Part shown: positions 40,991 through 51,630 of the stretch, piece after piece
Layout of the letters: each line of letters starts with the position of its first letter
How positions within the stretch are numbered: position 1 is the first letter of the stretch
Assembly (NCBI GenBank): GCA_013824115.1
Contig: PNNG01000030.1
Coordinates: forward strand, 18,144-82,143
Direction: 5' to 3'
Length of the DNA: 64,000 nt
Origin: Sphingobacteriaceae bacterium
GTDB lineage: Bacteria > Bacteroidota > Bacteroidia > UBA7662
Notes under the pieces: model-generated
The model's input: the letters and a program-made list of their open reading frames with translations, nothing else
What the model was told of the DNA's origin: nothing
Databases searched by the model: none
Program-made: the position numbers and the translations under genes

Positions 40991-42214
40991 ATGGCCGAAC
41001 GCATCCAACTCGACACCATTGAAGCAGCCATTGACGACATCCGCAAGGGCAAAATCATCATCGTGGTTGACGATGAAGACCGCGAAAACGAGGGCGATTT
41101 TTTGGCTGCGGCCGAATGTGTGACCTCTGAAATGGTGAATTTTATGGCCACCCACGGTCGTGGACTCATCTGCGCGCCCATCATCGACGACCGCTGTGAA
41201 GAGCTGGGGCTCGATTTGATGGTAGGCAAGAACACCACCCTGCACGAAACTCCTTTCACTGTTTCTATCGATTACCTAGGCAAAGGCTGCACCACGGGCA
41301 TTTCGGCATACGACCGGGCAGTTACCATCCGCGCCCTGGTGGACCCCGAAACCAAGCCCGAAGATTTTGGCAAGCCTGGACACATTTTTCCGTTGAAGGC
41401 CCGCAAGGGTGGGGTGTTGCGGCGGTCGGGACATACCGAAGCCGCCATCGACTTTGCCCGTTTGGCCGGATTTGCACCTGTGGGTTTGATATGCGAAATC
41501 ATGAATGAAGACGGCAGCATGGCCCGTTTGCCCGATTTAAAAAGGGTGGCCGAGCGTTTCGACATGAAGCTCGTGAGTATCAAAGACCTCATTGAATACC
41601 GTTTACAAAAAGAATCGCTCATCCGCCGTGAAATTGCGGTGGAAATGCCCACCGCCTGGGGTGATTTTCAATTGGTGGCTTTCCGCCAAATCAACAACGA
41701 ACAAGAACACCTTGCCCTCATCAAAGGGCAGTGGGATGAAAACGAAGCCATCCTCACCCGGGTGCACTCGAGCTGCATGACCGGCGATATTTTCGGCTCA
41801 TGCCGCTGTGATTGTGGGGAGCAATTGCACGAAGCCATGCGCATGGTGGAACAAGCCGGAAAAGGTGTGATTGTATACATGAACCAAGAGGGCAGGGGCA
41901 TAGGCTTGCTCAACAAGCTCAAGGCTTACAAGCTGCAGGAGCAGGGCATGGACACCGTGCAGGCCAACCTGGCACTCGGCTTCAAAATGGATGAACGCGA
42001 CTACGGCATCGGTGCACAAATTCTCCGCAACTTGGGTGTGCGCAAAATGCGTTTGATGTCGAACAATCCCACCAAGCGTGCAGGCCTCATCGGTTACGGT
42101 TTGGAGGTGGTAGAGCATGTAGGCATTGAAATTGAGGCCAACAAGCACAATAAGAGCTATTTGCTCACCAAGCGCGATAAAATGGGTCACGAAATTTTAG
42201 GCAAGCAAGCCTGA
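40991..42214 (+). CDS. ribBA: Bifunctional 3,4-dihydroxy-2-butanone-4-phosphate synthase / GTP cyclohydrolase II
   Basis: Start trimmed to MAERIQLDT. Motifs are [24 protein letters not shown], and [18 protein letters not shown] (the zinc site of GCH II). Confidence 0.95.
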   Translation: MAERIQLDTIEAAIDDIRKGKIIIVVDDEDRENEGDFLAAAECVTSEMVNFMATHGRGLICAPIIDDRCEELGLDLMVGKNTTLHETPFTVSIDYLGKGCTTGISAYDRAVTIRALVDPETKPEDFGKPGHIFPLKARKGGVLRRSGHTEAAIDFARLAGFAPVGLICEIMNEDGSMARLPDLKRVAERFDMKLVSIKDLIEYRLQKESLIRREIAVEMPTAWGDFQLVAFRQINNEQEHLALIKGQWDENEAILTRVHSSCMTGDIFGSCRCDCGEQLHEAMRMVEQAGKGVIVYMNQEGRGIGLLNKLKAYKLQEQGMDTVQANLALGFKMDERDYGIGAQILRNLGVRKMRLMSNNPTKRAGLIGYGLEVVEHVGIEIEANKHNKSYLLTKRDKMGHEILGKQA

Positions 42215-42286
42215 GCCTCCCAAAGCCCGAATAAGTTCTACTTCCTGTGCTGCTAATCTAAAGCATTCCTTACTTTTGGGATTCTT

Positions 42287-43153
42287 ATGGAAGACAAGCG
42301 CCCGCTGCTTCAGAGATTACGCGATAAGTACCGCCTGGTTATCCTCAACGACAAAACCTTTGAGGAGAAGGCATCGGTACGTCTTTCGCAAATGAATGTG
42401 TTCATTTTACTGAGCGTGGCTGTGGTGCTTTTCACCCTGTTCATCGGTTCGCTCATTGTATTTACGCCCTTGCGGGAATACATTCCTGGTTATGCCGATG
42501 TGGGCATGCGGCGCGATTTGGTGCGTCTTTACCAAACAGTCGACTCCTTGGAGCGGGCCATGAACGGACGTGATTTGCTGCTTCAAAACATCCGCGATGT
42601 GGCGGAGGGCAAGGTCGACAGTGTTGAAACCAACGATTCCAATAAAACGGGTCCCGACGGGCAGCGCTTTGATCCTTCCATCCTCGATGTAGCAGCTCCC
42701 TTCGATTCACTTTTGAGGTTGCAATTGCAGCGCGAAATGGTAGAAGTGCGCGTTGGAACCCCCAGTACCAACCGCAGTTTTCAGGGGGTTACTTTTTTTG
42801 CGCCTGCTTCGGGCAACGTTGTACGAGAGTTTAATGCCGAAGACAAACAATATGGAGTGGGATTGCGCTTGGGCAAGGAGGATGGTATCAAAGCCACCCT
42901 CGAAGGGGCTGTGGTGTTTTCGGGCTACACCCTGGCCGACCAGTACATCATTGGCATACAACACGCCAACAACCTGGTGAGTTGGTACAAAGGCATGAAT
43001 CAAAGTTTGCGAAAAGTGGGCGACCAGGTACGTGCCGGAGAAGTAATAGGCATTGGCGGAGGCGAAGGTGCAGGCACGCGCAAAGTGCAATTAGAATTTC
43101 AACTTTGGTACAACGGCATTCCTTTGAATCCGGCTATCTACATTAATTTTTAG
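42287..43153 (+). CDS. M23/LytM family peptidase-like protein (membrane anchored)
   Basis: N-terminal TM segment plus a C-terminal LytM-like fold (..IIGIQHANNLVSWYKGMN..VRAGEVIG..LEFQLWYNGIPLNP). The catalytic His motifs appear partly degenerate. Confidence 0.65.
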   Translation: MEDKRPLLQRLRDKYRLVILNDKTFEEKASVRLSQMNVFILLSVAVVLFTLFIGSLIVFTPLREYIPGYADVGMRRDLVRLYQTVDSLERAMNGRDLLLQNIRDVAEGKVDSVETNDSNKTGPDGQRFDPSILDVAAPFDSLLRLQLQREMVEVRVGTPSTNRSFQGVTFFAPASGNVVREFNAEDKQYGVGLRLGKEDGIKATLEGAVVFSGYTLADQYIIGIQHANNLVSWYKGMNQSLRKVGDQVRAGEVIGIGGGEGAGTRKVQLEFQLWYNGIPLNPAIYINF

Positions 43154-43157
43154 CGAC

Positions 43158-43559
43158 ATGTTTGGTAAGCGTAAACACGATCAAACCCCGCAGCAGGGCA
43201 TCAACCTCATCAACGAGGGAACGCGCATTCAGGGCGATTTTAATGCCCAAGGCGACATCCGAATCGATGGTCAATTGTATGGCGATGTACAAACCCGTGG
43301 TCGACTGGCCATTGGTGCCAGTGGCATGGTGAAGGGCCAGCTCAACGGCAATATGGTAGATATTGCCGGGGAGGTAGAAGGCGATGTGCTGGTAAGTGGG
43401 GTGTTGACCCTGCGTAAATCGGCCAAAGTGCTGGGCGACCTCACCGTAGGCAAGCTGGTGATTGAAGAAGGGGCCATGTTCAGTGGCCAATGTACCATGA
43501 CCGATATGGTGAAAACCCCATTGCATGGATCGCGGGCAGCCGAAGAAACCGCAGGTTGA
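43158..43559 (+). CDS. Bactofilin family cytoskeletal protein
   Basis: Repetitive beta-helix pattern ..GTRIQGDFNAQGDIRIDGQLYGDVQTRGRLAIGASGMVKGQLNG..VEGDV.. Confidence 0.85.
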   Translation: MFGKRKHDQTPQQGINLINEGTRIQGDFNAQGDIRIDGQLYGDVQTRGRLAIGASGMVKGQLNGNMVDIAGEVEGDVLVSGVLTLRKSAKVLGDLTVGKLVIEEGAMFSGQCTMTDMVKTPLHGSRAAEETAG

Positions 43560-43740
43560 TTACTTGCGTTACAGTGGACTGGCGTTTCAGCTGGTAGCCC
43601 TCATTTTAGCTGGGGCTTGGCTGGGCGACTGGTTGGATGGGCGAATGCAAACGGAACATCCCTACTGGACTGCAGCTTTTTCACTGCTTGGTGTGCTAGC
43701 CGGCATGTACCAATTGTACCGCGATTTGACGAAAAACTGA
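43525..43740 (+). CDS. AtpZ/AtpI-like small membrane protein
   Basis: YLRYSGLAFQLVALILAGAWLGDWLD plus a second TM segment. Lies at the head of the atp operon and overlaps the bactofilin 3' end by 35 nt, so the start is uncertain. Confidence 0.6.
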   Translation: MDRGQPKKPQVDYLRYSGLAFQLVALILAGAWLGDWLDGRMQTEHPYWTAAFSLLGVLAGMYQLYRDLTKN

Positions 43741-44153
43741 TGCAACGCAAACTACAACGTTACCTTTTGCAGTTAGGCCTGCTCAGTTTGGTCATGGCAG
43801 GAATAGCCTGGTGGATTGAAGCACAGCAAATGAACTGGCTCACCGAAAAATGGCCTGCCCTGTTGGTGGTCAGCATGCTCATCAATGGTGGCTGTTATGT
43901 ACTGGCTTTGGGGGTGCTCAAACGCTTTCACGACAATCCCCAAGCGGCCACTTTTGGCCTTCTCGCAGCTGTTTCGGCGCATTTACTCTTTTACCTCTTT
44001 TTTTTGATAGCTTATGTGCTGATTGTGGGGCAGATGGACCAAATTTTTGGCCTAAACCTATTTGCGATTTATACTTGTTTTTTGGTGTTTGAACTTGTGA
44101 GTTTATTGAATATCTTGCGCCCACTTTCAAAGGAACCCAAAAAGCCGTTTTGA
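43740..44153 (+). CDS. Small polytopic membrane protein preceding atpB
   Basis: Start trimmed to MQRKLQRYLL (TGATG overlap). Four hydrophobic segments. No named motif. Confidence 0.5.
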   Translation: MQRKLQRYLLQLGLLSLVMAGIAWWIEAQQMNWLTEKWPALLVVSMLINGGCYVLALGVLKRFHDNPQAATFGLLAAVSAHLLFYLFFLIAYVLIVGQMDQIFGLNLFAIYTCFLVFELVSLLNILRPLSKEPKKPF

Positions 44154-45223
44154 TGCTGTTTTCGAAGTTTTTCCGTTTTAACGCGCTCAGCAGCCTGCTT
44201 TTCGCTACGCTTTTTTTACTTTCATTTACGCCAAGTCGCGCTTCTGACGCGCCAGCTTCAACCGACAGCACGGCCAAAGAGGAGTTCAACATTACCGAAA
44301 TGATTTTGCACCACATTGCAGATGCCCACGATTGGCATTTGTTTGATGTGACGCACGAAGATGGATCGGTACATGCAGTGAGCATTCCTCTGCCGGTGAT
44401 CTTGTTGACCGAAGGAAATCTCGATGTGTTTTTGTCGAGTGGTTTCCACCATGGCCACAGCACTGTGAAGAAGGCTGACCGTGAATATGCTTACGAGCAT
44501 GGGCACATCACCGAATTGAGTGGCAAAAAAGTGCTTGATTTTTCTATCACCAAAAACGTAGCTTCTATGTTGATTAGTGTGAGCTTGTTGCTCATCCTCT
44601 TCATCAGCGCTGCTCGTTCGTATGCCAACAGCGTACCTACCGGTTTGGCCCGTTTCCTAGAGCCACTTGTTTTGTTTGTGCGCGACGACATTGCCATCCC
44701 CAACATCGGTGAAGCCAAATACAAGAAGTTTCTTCCCTATTTGTTGACCGTGTTTTTCTTCATCTGGATCAACAACCTGCTCGGTTTGGTGCCATCGGGT
44801 GCCAACTTTACCGGTAACATTGCGGTGACCCTTACATTGGCTGTAATGACCATGATTATCACTAACATAAATGGCACCAAAACCTATTGGGGACACATTT
44901 TTACGCCCCACGTACCCAAAGGTTTGTGGATTATCATGATTCCTGTTGAATTGATTGGTGTGATTTCAAAGCCATTCGCCCTCACCGTGCGTTTGTTTGC
45001 CAATATCACTGCTGGTCACATCATCATCCTCAGCCTCATTTCGCTGATTTTTGTATTCAAGTCGGTATTCATTGCTCCCGTTTCGGTTGGCTTCGTGCTC
45101 TTCATGAGCTTCCTCGAATTGCTGGTGGCTGCCTTACAGGCTTATGTATTCACCTTGTTGAGTGCCCTCTTCATTGGCCTGGCCTTGGAAGAGCCGCACC
45201 ACGACCACGATCACGCACATTAA
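44150..45223 (+). CDS. atpB: F0F1 ATP synthase subunit a
   Basis: ..LTVRLFANITAGHII.. contains the essential Arg. Long N-terminal extension. Confidence 0.9.
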   Translation: MMLFSKFFRFNALSSLLFATLFLLSFTPSRASDAPASTDSTAKEEFNITEMILHHIADAHDWHLFDVTHEDGSVHAVSIPLPVILLTEGNLDVFLSSGFHHGHSTVKKADREYAYEHGHITELSGKKVLDFSITKNVASMLISVSLLLILFISAARSYANSVPTGLARFLEPLVLFVRDDIAIPNIGEAKYKKFLPYLLTVFFFIWINNLLGLVPSGANFTGNIAVTLTLAVMTMIITNINGTKTYWGHIFTPHVPKGLWIIMIPVELIGVISKPFALTVRLFANITAGHIIILSLISLIFVFKSVFIAPVSVGFVLFMSFLELLVAALQAYVFTLLSALFIGLALEEPHHDHDHAH

Positions 45224-45248
45224 TTTTTTTAGAAACCTTTTCGTTTAA

Positions 45249-45473
<225 letters not shown>

Positions 45474-45567
45474 TTCTGTGGAATAAGCAGGCACGTCTGG
45501 CGGTTGGCCAGCTGCCTGCTGTTCCTATGTTAGTGATTGAAACCAAAGCTTTAAAAGAAACGACCAT

Positions 45568-46062
45568 ATGAATCTGATTACCCCGGAAATCGGTCTTATT
45601 TTTTGGACAGGTATAACCTTCCTCATTTTGTTGTTCTTGCTTCGCAAGTTCGCCTGGAAGCCTATTTTGGGCGCCGTAGAAGAGCGCGACAACAAAATCA
45701 ATGCTGCTTTGAATGCAGCCGAAGAGGCTCGCAAAGAGATTGCCAATTTGGCCGCCGAAAACGAAAAGCTGTTGAACGAAGCCCGTGCCGAAAAGGACCG
45801 CATCATTGCCGATGCCAAAAAAACGCGTGAAACCATGATCAGCGAGGCCAAGGCCATTGCCGACAGCGAAGCCAAGCGCATGATTGAAACGGCCCGTGCC
45901 AGCATCGAAAATGAAAAGAATGCAGCCCTCACCGAGGTGAAAAACCTGGTAGCCGGTTTGAGCATCGACATTGCCGAAAAATTGCTTCGCAAGCAATTTG
46001 AGAACAATGCCGAGCAACAGGCTTTTGTGAAGAAGCACATCGAAGACATCAAACTCAACTAA
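45568..46062 (+). CDS. atpF: F0F1 ATP synthase subunit b
   Basis: Single N-terminal TM segment, then a long charged Ala/Glu/Lys helix. Position in the operon supports the call. Confidence 0.85.
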   Translation: MNLITPEIGLIFWTGITFLILLFLLRKFAWKPILGAVEERDNKINAALNAAEEARKEIANLAAENEKLLNEARAEKDRIIADAKKTRETMISEAKAIADSEAKRMIETARASIENEKNAALTEVKNLVAGLSIDIAEKLLRKQFENNAEQQAFVKKHIEDIKLN

Positions 46063-46068
46063 GCATTC

Positions 46069-46626
46069 ATGTCAGACAACCGCATAGCCAACCGTTACGC
46101 TGCCTCGCTGTTGCAGCTTGCCATTGAAAAAGGCAAGGTCGACCGCGTGCACGAAGACATGAAGCAGCTGGGCGGCGCCATCCACCACAACCGCGATTTG
46201 CTAACGCTTTTTCGCTCACCTGTGGTAAAGGCCGATGCCAAAAGCAAGGTGTTAGACAAGGTATTCGCCGGTCAATTTGATGAGATTACCAATGCTTTCT
46301 TGCATTTGGTGGTTCGCAAGCGCCGCGAAGAAGTGGTACCAGCCATGACCAGCAGCTTTGAGCGCCAGTACAATTTGTACAAAGGCATTGTGAAGGCCCG
46401 TTTGGTTACAGCTGCGCCTATCGACGAGGATTTGCGCAAGAGCATCCTCAACACCATCGCCATCGAAACCAAGCAACACGTACAGCTTGAAATGGCTGTC
46501 GACGCTGAGCTCATCGCCGGTTTCGTACTCACCGTGGGCGACCAACGCTATGAAGCATCAGTAGCACGTGAGCTCAAAGACCTCAAAAAACTTTTTTCAG
46601 ACAATCCTTATATCCAAAAATACTAA
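46069..46626 (+). CDS. atpH: F0F1 ATP synthase subunit delta
   Basis: RYAASLLQLA at the N-terminus and ..DAELIAGFVLTVGDQRYEASV.. at the C-terminus (OSCP family). Confidence 0.85.
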   Translation: MSDNRIANRYAASLLQLAIEKGKVDRVHEDMKQLGGAIHHNRDLLTLFRSPVVKADAKSKVLDKVFAGQFDEITNAFLHLVVRKRREEVVPAMTSSFERQYNLYKGIVKARLVTAAPIDEDLRKSILNTIAIETKQHVQLEMAVDAELIAGFVLTVGDQRYEASVARELKDLKKLFSDNPYIQKY

Positions 46627-46629
46627 GCA

Positions 46630-48210
46630 ATGGCACAAGTTAAACCGGATGAGATATCAGCCATTTTAAGAGAGCAACTGTCGGGCTACAAAAGCGCGGC
46701 TGAGCTCGAAGAAGTGGGTACCGTACTCCAAGTGGGTGACGGTATCGCCCGCCTTTACGGCCTAACCAAAGTACAGGCCGGTGAATTGATCGAGTTTGAA
46801 AACGGCACCCGTGCGGTGGTGTTGAACCTCGAAGAAGACAACGTGGGTGCCGTAATGCTCGGTGCTGGCGAAGGCATCAAAGAAGGCGATATTGCCCGCA
46901 GAACCGGCCTCATTGCTTCTATCAAAGTAGGTGAAGGCATGTTGGGTCGTGTGGTAAACACCCTCGGCCAACCCATCGACGGCAAAGGCGAAATCAAAGG
47001 CGATTTGTATGAGATGCCCATCGAGCGCAAAGCTCCCGGTGTAATCTTCCGTCAGCCTGTACATGAGCCCATGCAAACCGGTATCAAGTCGATCGACGCC
47101 ATGATTCCTATCGGACGTGGTCAGCGCGAATTGATCATTGGCGACCGTCAGACCGGTAAGACTGCCATTGCCATCGATACCATCATCAACCAAAAAGAGT
47201 TTTACGAAGCTGGTAAGCCGGTTTTCTGTATCTACGTAGCCGTAGGTCAAAAGGCTTCTACCGTAGCCAACATCGTGAAAACCCTTGAAGAGAAGGGCGC
47301 CATGGCCTACACGGTGGTAGTTGCAGCCTTTGCATCTGACCCAGCTCCTTTGCAATTCTACGCTCCTATGTCGGGTGCTGCGATTGGCGAGTTCTTCCGC
47401 GATACAGGACGTCCTGCTTTGATCGTATACGATGACTTGTCGAAGCAGGCCGTGGCCTACCGTGAAGTATCGTTGTTGCTCCGTCGTCCTCCCGGACGTG
47501 AAGCCTATCCCGGTGACGTATTCTACCTGCACAGCCGCTTGCTCGAGCGTGCTTGTAAGTTGAACTACAACGACGACATCGTAGCCAACATGAACGACTT
47601 GCCCGAATCGCTCAAGGGCATGGTAAAAGGTGGTGGTTCATTGACCGCGCTACCAATTATCGAAACCCAGGCTGGCGACGTATCGGCTTACATTCCTACC
47701 AACGTGATTTCAATCACCGACGGTCAGATCTTCTTGGAGTCGAACTTGTTCAACTCAGGCGTGCGCCCGGCCATCAACGTAGGTATTTCGGTATCGCGTG
47801 TGGGTGGTAATGCCCAAATCAAGTCGATGAAAAAAGTGGCTGGTACCCTCAAGCTCGACCAAGCCCAGTACCGCGAACTCGAGGCTTTTGCCAAGTTTGG
47901 TTCTGACCTCGATCCGGCTACCAAGGCCATCCTCGACAAAGGTGCCCGCAACGTGGAAATCCTGAAGCAGCCTCAGTACGCACCATTCCGTGTAGAAGAT
48001 CAAATCGCTATCCTTTACCTCGGTACCAAAGGTGCTTTGATGGATGTGCCTTTGAACCGCGTACGTGAGTTCGAAAGTGATTTCCTCGACGTAATGCGTG
48101 GCAGCCACAAAGACGTGCTCGATGCATTCAAGGCAGGCAAGTTCGACGACGAATTAACAGGCGTGGTGATGAAAGTTGCCGCCGATCTCAAGCCCAAGTT
48201 CAAAGCCTGA
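46630..48210 (+). CDS. atpA: F0F1 ATP synthase subunit alpha
   Basis: [15 protein letters not shown] (P-loop) and [40 protein letters not shown]. Confidence 0.97.
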   Translation: MAQVKPDEISAILREQLSGYKSAAELEEVGTVLQVGDGIARLYGLTKVQAGELIEFENGTRAVVLNLEEDNVGAVMLGAGEGIKEGDIARRTGLIASIKVGEGMLGRVVNTLGQPIDGKGEIKGDLYEMPIERKAPGVIFRQPVHEPMQTGIKSIDAMIPIGRGQRELIIGDRQTGKTAIAIDTIINQKEFYEAGKPVFCIYVAVGQKASTVANIVKTLEEKGAMAYTVVVAAFASDPAPLQFYAPMSGAAIGEFFRDTGRPALIVYDDLSKQAVAYREVSLLLRRPPGREAYPGDVFYLHSRLLERACKLNYNDDIVANMNDLPESLKGMVKGGGSLTALPIIETQAGDVSAYIPTNVISITDGQIFLESNLFNSGVRPAINVGISVSRVGGNAQIKSMKKVAGTLKLDQAQYRELEAFAKFGSDLDPATKAILDKGARNVEILKQPQYAPFRVEDQIAILYLGTKGALMDVPLNRVREFESDFLDVMRGSHKDVLDAFKAGKFDDELTGVVMKVAADLKPKFKA

Positions 48211-48216
48211 TAACCT

Positions 48217-49101
48217 ATGGCGAACCTGAAAGAAGTACGTGGCCGCATCAGCTCAGTGATGTCGACCCAGCAGATCACCAAAGCCATGAAAATGGTTTCG
48301 GCGAGCAAGCTGCGTCGTGCGCAAACTGCCATCACGCAGATTCGCCCGTACACCGTGAAGCTCAAAGACATCATCGACAACTTGCAAGGCAGCATGGAAG
48401 GCGATATGGACTTGGCCCTGGCCGAGACCCGTACTGCCAACCAAGTAGCTGTGGTAGTCATTACGTCTGACAAGGGCTTGTGCGGTAGCTTCAACGCCAA
48501 CCTGATCAAAACCGCCCGCCGTTTGGTAGAAGGACAGTACGCTGCCCACAAAGCCAATGGCAGCCTCACCATTTTGCCCGTAGGTAAAAAGGGGTTTGAG
48601 TTTTTCAGGAAGATGGGTTACCGTGTAGATGACCGCTTTGTAGGCATGTTCCAAAACCTCACCTTCGAAAGTTCTTCCAAGTTGTCGCAAGAATTGATCG
48701 ATCGTTTTGTTGCGAAGGATTTTGATGTGGTAGAAGTGGTGTACAGCGAGTTCAAGAACCCGGTGGTACAGTTTTTCAAAAACTACCGCATGCTGCCTAT
48801 CCAGCCGCTCGAAGCGCCTGCTGAGAAGAAGGAAATGCGACACGATTATTTGTTGGAGCCCGGCAAGATGGAAATCATTGAAAGCCTGATTCCGAACTAC
48901 CTCAAAATAGAATTCCACCGCGCCCTGCTCGATACGAATGCATCGGAGCATGGTGCCCGGATGACCTCTATGGACAAAGCTACCGAAAACGCAGGTGAAC
49001 TGTTGCGCGATTTGCGTTTGCAGTACAACCGTGCACGTCAGGCAGCTATCACCACCGAAATCACTGAGATTGTGGGTGGAGCAGCTGCGCTTGAAGGTTA
49101 A
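48217..49101 (+). CDS. atpG: F0F1 ATP synthase subunit gamma
   Basis: MANLKEVRGRISSVMSTQQITKAMKMVSASKLRRAQ at the N-terminus and ..YNRARQAAITTEITEIVGGAAAL at the C-terminus. Confidence 0.95.
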   Translation: MANLKEVRGRISSVMSTQQITKAMKMVSASKLRRAQTAITQIRPYTVKLKDIIDNLQGSMEGDMDLALAETRTANQVAVVVITSDKGLCGSFNANLIKTARRLVEGQYAAHKANGSLTILPVGKKGFEFFRKMGYRVDDRFVGMFQNLTFESSSKLSQELIDRFVAKDFDVVEVVYSEFKNPVVQFFKNYRMLPIQPLEAPAEKKEMRHDYLLEPGKMEIIESLIPNYLKIEFHRALLDTNASEHGARMTSMDKATENAGELLRDLRLQYNRARQAAITTEITEIVGGAAALEG

Positions 49102-49123
49102 TAGGAATATGACACTGTGTAAA

Positions 49124-49148
49124 ATCCCTCCTCGGAGGGATTTTTTTA
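49124..49148 (+). terminator. Rho-independent terminator at the end of the atp operon
   Basis: Hairpin atccctcc..ggagggat followed by T7. Confidence 0.8.
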
Positions 49149-49220
49149 TGCCCGATTTACCGGAAAGAGGGTATTTCAGATGGATATAGCGGTGGCTAAT
49201 TTGGCCCAAAATCAAAGCCT

Positions 49221-49778
49221 ATGCAACACTTTCTTTTACTCAACGTATTGCTGCTGGCCATGGCCTGTCAACCTAGCGAAACACCCGAGCCCAATAACCC
49301 CAACAATCCCAATAATCCGGGAGGGGGAACGACCTTAACCGACAACAGCATGCGCATTACTCCCCCGGGTGCTGGGGTTTTTGTTGTCAATTTTACCAAT
49401 CCTACTTCTGGTGATATGGAAAATGATAGTCGAGGTAGGCCTTATTTCGCCGTGAAGAACATCTTTTTGGTGCAAGACGGTAACCGCAATTTCGACCGAA
49501 TAGCGGTGGGCTTTAGGACTCAACCCGCAGCGGGTAGCTACCCTATAGCGAATGTGAATTATTACGGTGAAATTCCAGAGGGCAGTGCTGCCATGAACGT
49601 TACCTACCAAGGTTGGAATCACCGGGCTTTGTCGGGTACTGTGGTGGTAAGTTTGGTGAATGGCAACATAAAGGTAGAAGCCAATGATGTAATCATGGGC
49701 GGGGGAGCACGCGTAACAGGCGATACTACCGCTTTGCCCGATAGTTCACGCTGCGACTTGAGGTTGCTCACCTTTTAG
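49221..49778 (+). CDS. Hypothetical lipoprotein
   Basis: MQHFLLLNVLLLAMAC lipobox, followed by a PNNPNNPNNPGGG linker. Confidence 0.5.
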   Translation: MQHFLLLNVLLLAMACQPSETPEPNNPNNPNNPGGGTTLTDNSMRITPPGAGVFVVNFTNPTSGDMENDSRGRPYFAVKNIFLVQDGNRNFDRIAVGFRTQPAAGSYPIANVNYYGEIPEGSAAMNVTYQGWNHRALSGTVVVSLVNGNIKVEANDVIMGGGARVTGDTTALPDSSRCDLRLLTF

Positions 49779-49862
49779 TGCTAAGTGCGAATGGGTTGTT
49801 AATTCCTTGTTCTGCGGGCCCAAGGTATTGGTTCTGTGGCTATTTTTGAGAAAATAATTCCC

Positions 49863-50201
49863 ATGAAACTGCTGCTCGACAAACAAGCCGATTATACCTT
49901 GGTAAAACTCGAAGAGGAAAAACTCGACTCGATGATTTCGCCCCAATTGAAATCGGAATTGGTGTTTTTGAACTCAGAAGGGGTTAACAATGTGATTTTC
50001 GATATGTCGGCCGTCAAATATGTCGATTCGTCGGGCTTAAGTGCCATCTTGGTAGGCAATCGCCTCTGCAATGGTTCCGAAGGCCGATTTGTGTTGAGCC
50101 ATGTGAATGCTTCCATTGCCAAGCTCATTGAAATTTCGCAGTTGGAGGGAATTCTTGCTACGGCAGCCGACAATGATGCGGCGAAAGCTTTTTTTGAGTA
50201 A
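49863..50201 (+). CDS. STAS domain protein (anti-sigma-factor antagonist-like)
   Basis: ..VIFDMSAVKYVDSSGLSAILVG.. is the typical STAS phospho-Ser loop. Start trimmed to MKLLLDK. Confidence 0.75.
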   Translation: MKLLLDKQADYTLVKLEEEKLDSMISPQLKSELVFLNSEGVNNVIFDMSAVKYVDSSGLSAILVGNRLCNGSEGRFVLSHVNASIAKLIEISQLEGILATAADNDAAKAFFE

Positions 50202-50230
50202 GTAACTTCTTGAAGAATCCATAAAAGGAT

Positions 50231-50274
50231 ATGCCGGATGGTAGCTGTATGTATAGCTGCCATCCGGCATTTTG
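50231..50274. terminator. Long hairpin between convergent genes (likely bidirectional terminator)
   Basis: atgccggatggtagct / agctgccatccggcat forms a 16-bp stem with one G-T pair, flanked by T/A runs. Confidence 0.65.
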
Positions 50275-50296
50275 TATTTGGTGCTGCTGGCTTTGG

Positions 50297-51499
50297 TTAA
50301 AGCGGAATAGGCCAACTGTCGTGCTGCCTAAAATCTCCCTTTTTCCATTGATTGATTTCTGCTTCGTTGCACAGGCAGGCTTCCAGCTCGGCCCTGATGA
50401 GCTGTTCGTCTAAATCTTGCCCAATAAAAACGAGTTCATTGAGGCGGTCGCCAAAAGCAGCATCCCACTTGCTTTCAATGTAAGCTTGGTTGTCGACAAA
50501 TGCCGGGTACTTAATGCGCTCACCATAAGGCATACTGCACCACCACACCCCAGCACTGTCGGCGCGCAGCGATCCACCTGCTTGGCCCCAATTCAAAGCC
50601 TGATGAGGCCGCGATGCCAGCCAAAACAGGCCCTTGCTGCGGATGATGTTTCCGTGAAACTGCTGGCTGATGTAATGCCAAAACCGGTCGGGGTGGAAGG
50701 GACGGTAATCGCGGAATACAAAGGAGCCAATGCCATATTCAAGGGTTTCGGGCACATGGTCGTTTTGTAATTCTTGTATCCAGCCAGCCGCACTTTCGGC
50801 TTTTTCAAAATCAAATAGGCCTGTTTGCAGCAGTTGGGTAGGGTCAACTTGTCCGAAGCTGGCTTCTACGATGCGCGCACCAGGATTCAGTTTTTTCAAT
50901 GCCGCTTTCAATATGCCCAGCGTTTCAGCATCTACCAGGTCTACTTTATTCAATACCAAAATGTCGGCAAATTCTATTTGGTCGGTTAGTAGGTTTACAA
51001 CGGTGCGTGTATCGGCTTCGTCATCGGTGAGTGCACGGTCGGCCAATTTTTCTGCACTCCCAAAATCGTTGAAGAAATTAAAGGCGTCAACCACGGTCAC
51101 CATGGCATCTATGTAAGCAAACTGGCTGAGATCGATGTTGTTGTCTTCGTCTTTGAAGGTGAAGGTTTGCGCTACCGGAATGGGCTCGCTGATGCCGGTG
51201 CTTTCAATGAGCAAATAATCGAATCGGTTTTCGCGGGCGAGCTTTTCTACTTCCACCATCAAATCTTCGCGCAAGGTGCAACAAATACAGCCGTTCGACA
51301 TCTCTACCAGCTTTTCTTCGGTGCGCGATAAGGTTTGTTCGCGGGCTATCAAGCCGGCGTCAATGTTTACCTCACTCATATCGTTCACAATCACAGCTAC
51401 ACGCAGGCCAGCTTTGTTGTGCAATAAATGGTTGAGTAGACTGGTTTTTCCGGCGCCTAAAAAGCCGCTGAGCACGGTTACAGGAAGTTTCGTTTGCAT
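50297..51499 (-). CDS. COG0523 (CobW/ZigA-like) G3E family GTPase metallochaperone
   Basis: VTVLSGFLGAGKTSLLN (P-loop), CICCTLRED (CxCC metal motif), and a C-terminal CobW_C-like domain. Confidence 0.85.
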   Translation of the reverse strand: MQTKLPVTVLSGFLGAGKTSLLNHLLHNKAGLRVAVIVNDMSEVNIDAGLIAREQTLSRTEEKLVEMSNGCICCTLREDLMVEVEKLARENRFDYLLIESTGISEPIPVAQTFTFKDEDNNIDLSQFAYIDAMVTVVDAFNFFNDFGSAEKLADRALTDDEADTRTVVNLLTDQIEFADILVLNKVDLVDAETLGILKAALKKLNPGARIVEASFGQVDPTQLLQTGLFDFEKAESAAGWIQELQNDHVPETLEYGIGSFVFRDYRPFHPDRFWHYISQQFHGNIIRSKGLFWLASRPHQALNWGQAGGSLRADSAGVWWCSMPYGERIKYPAFVDNQAYIESKWDAAFGDRLNELVFIGQDLDEQLIRAELEACLCNEAEINQWKKGDFRQHDSWPIPL

Positions 51500-51524
51500 A
51501 GGGCAAAGCTAAGCAAATTATCAA

Positions 51525-51545
51525 AAATGCAACAAGGTTGCATTT
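51525..51545. promoter_or_regulatory. Perfect 9-3-9 palindrome AAATGCAAC-aag-GTTGCATTT upstream of the COG0523 GTPase (candidate repressor operator)
   Basis: Read directly. It lies 26-46 nt upstream of the ATG at 51499. Confidence 0.4.
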
Positions 51546-51557
51546 AAAGAGGGGGAT

Positions 51558-51587
51558 AAAAAATAAGTCCCCCGTGGAAGAGGGACT
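51558..51587 (-). terminator. Rho-independent terminator for the upstream T9SS-type gene
   Basis: On the minus strand, agtccc..gggact followed by tattttttat. Confidence 0.65.
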
Positions 51588-51630
51588 TTACACTAAAACC
51601 TGTTGAATGAACCGGGCGTCTCCCGAAATA

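Noticed and set aside
49863-50201. A partner-switching module around the STAS protein
   Set aside because: No anti-sigma kinase (HATPase) or PP2C phosphatase gene lies adjacent. The STAS gene appears orphan in this window, so no system is claimed.
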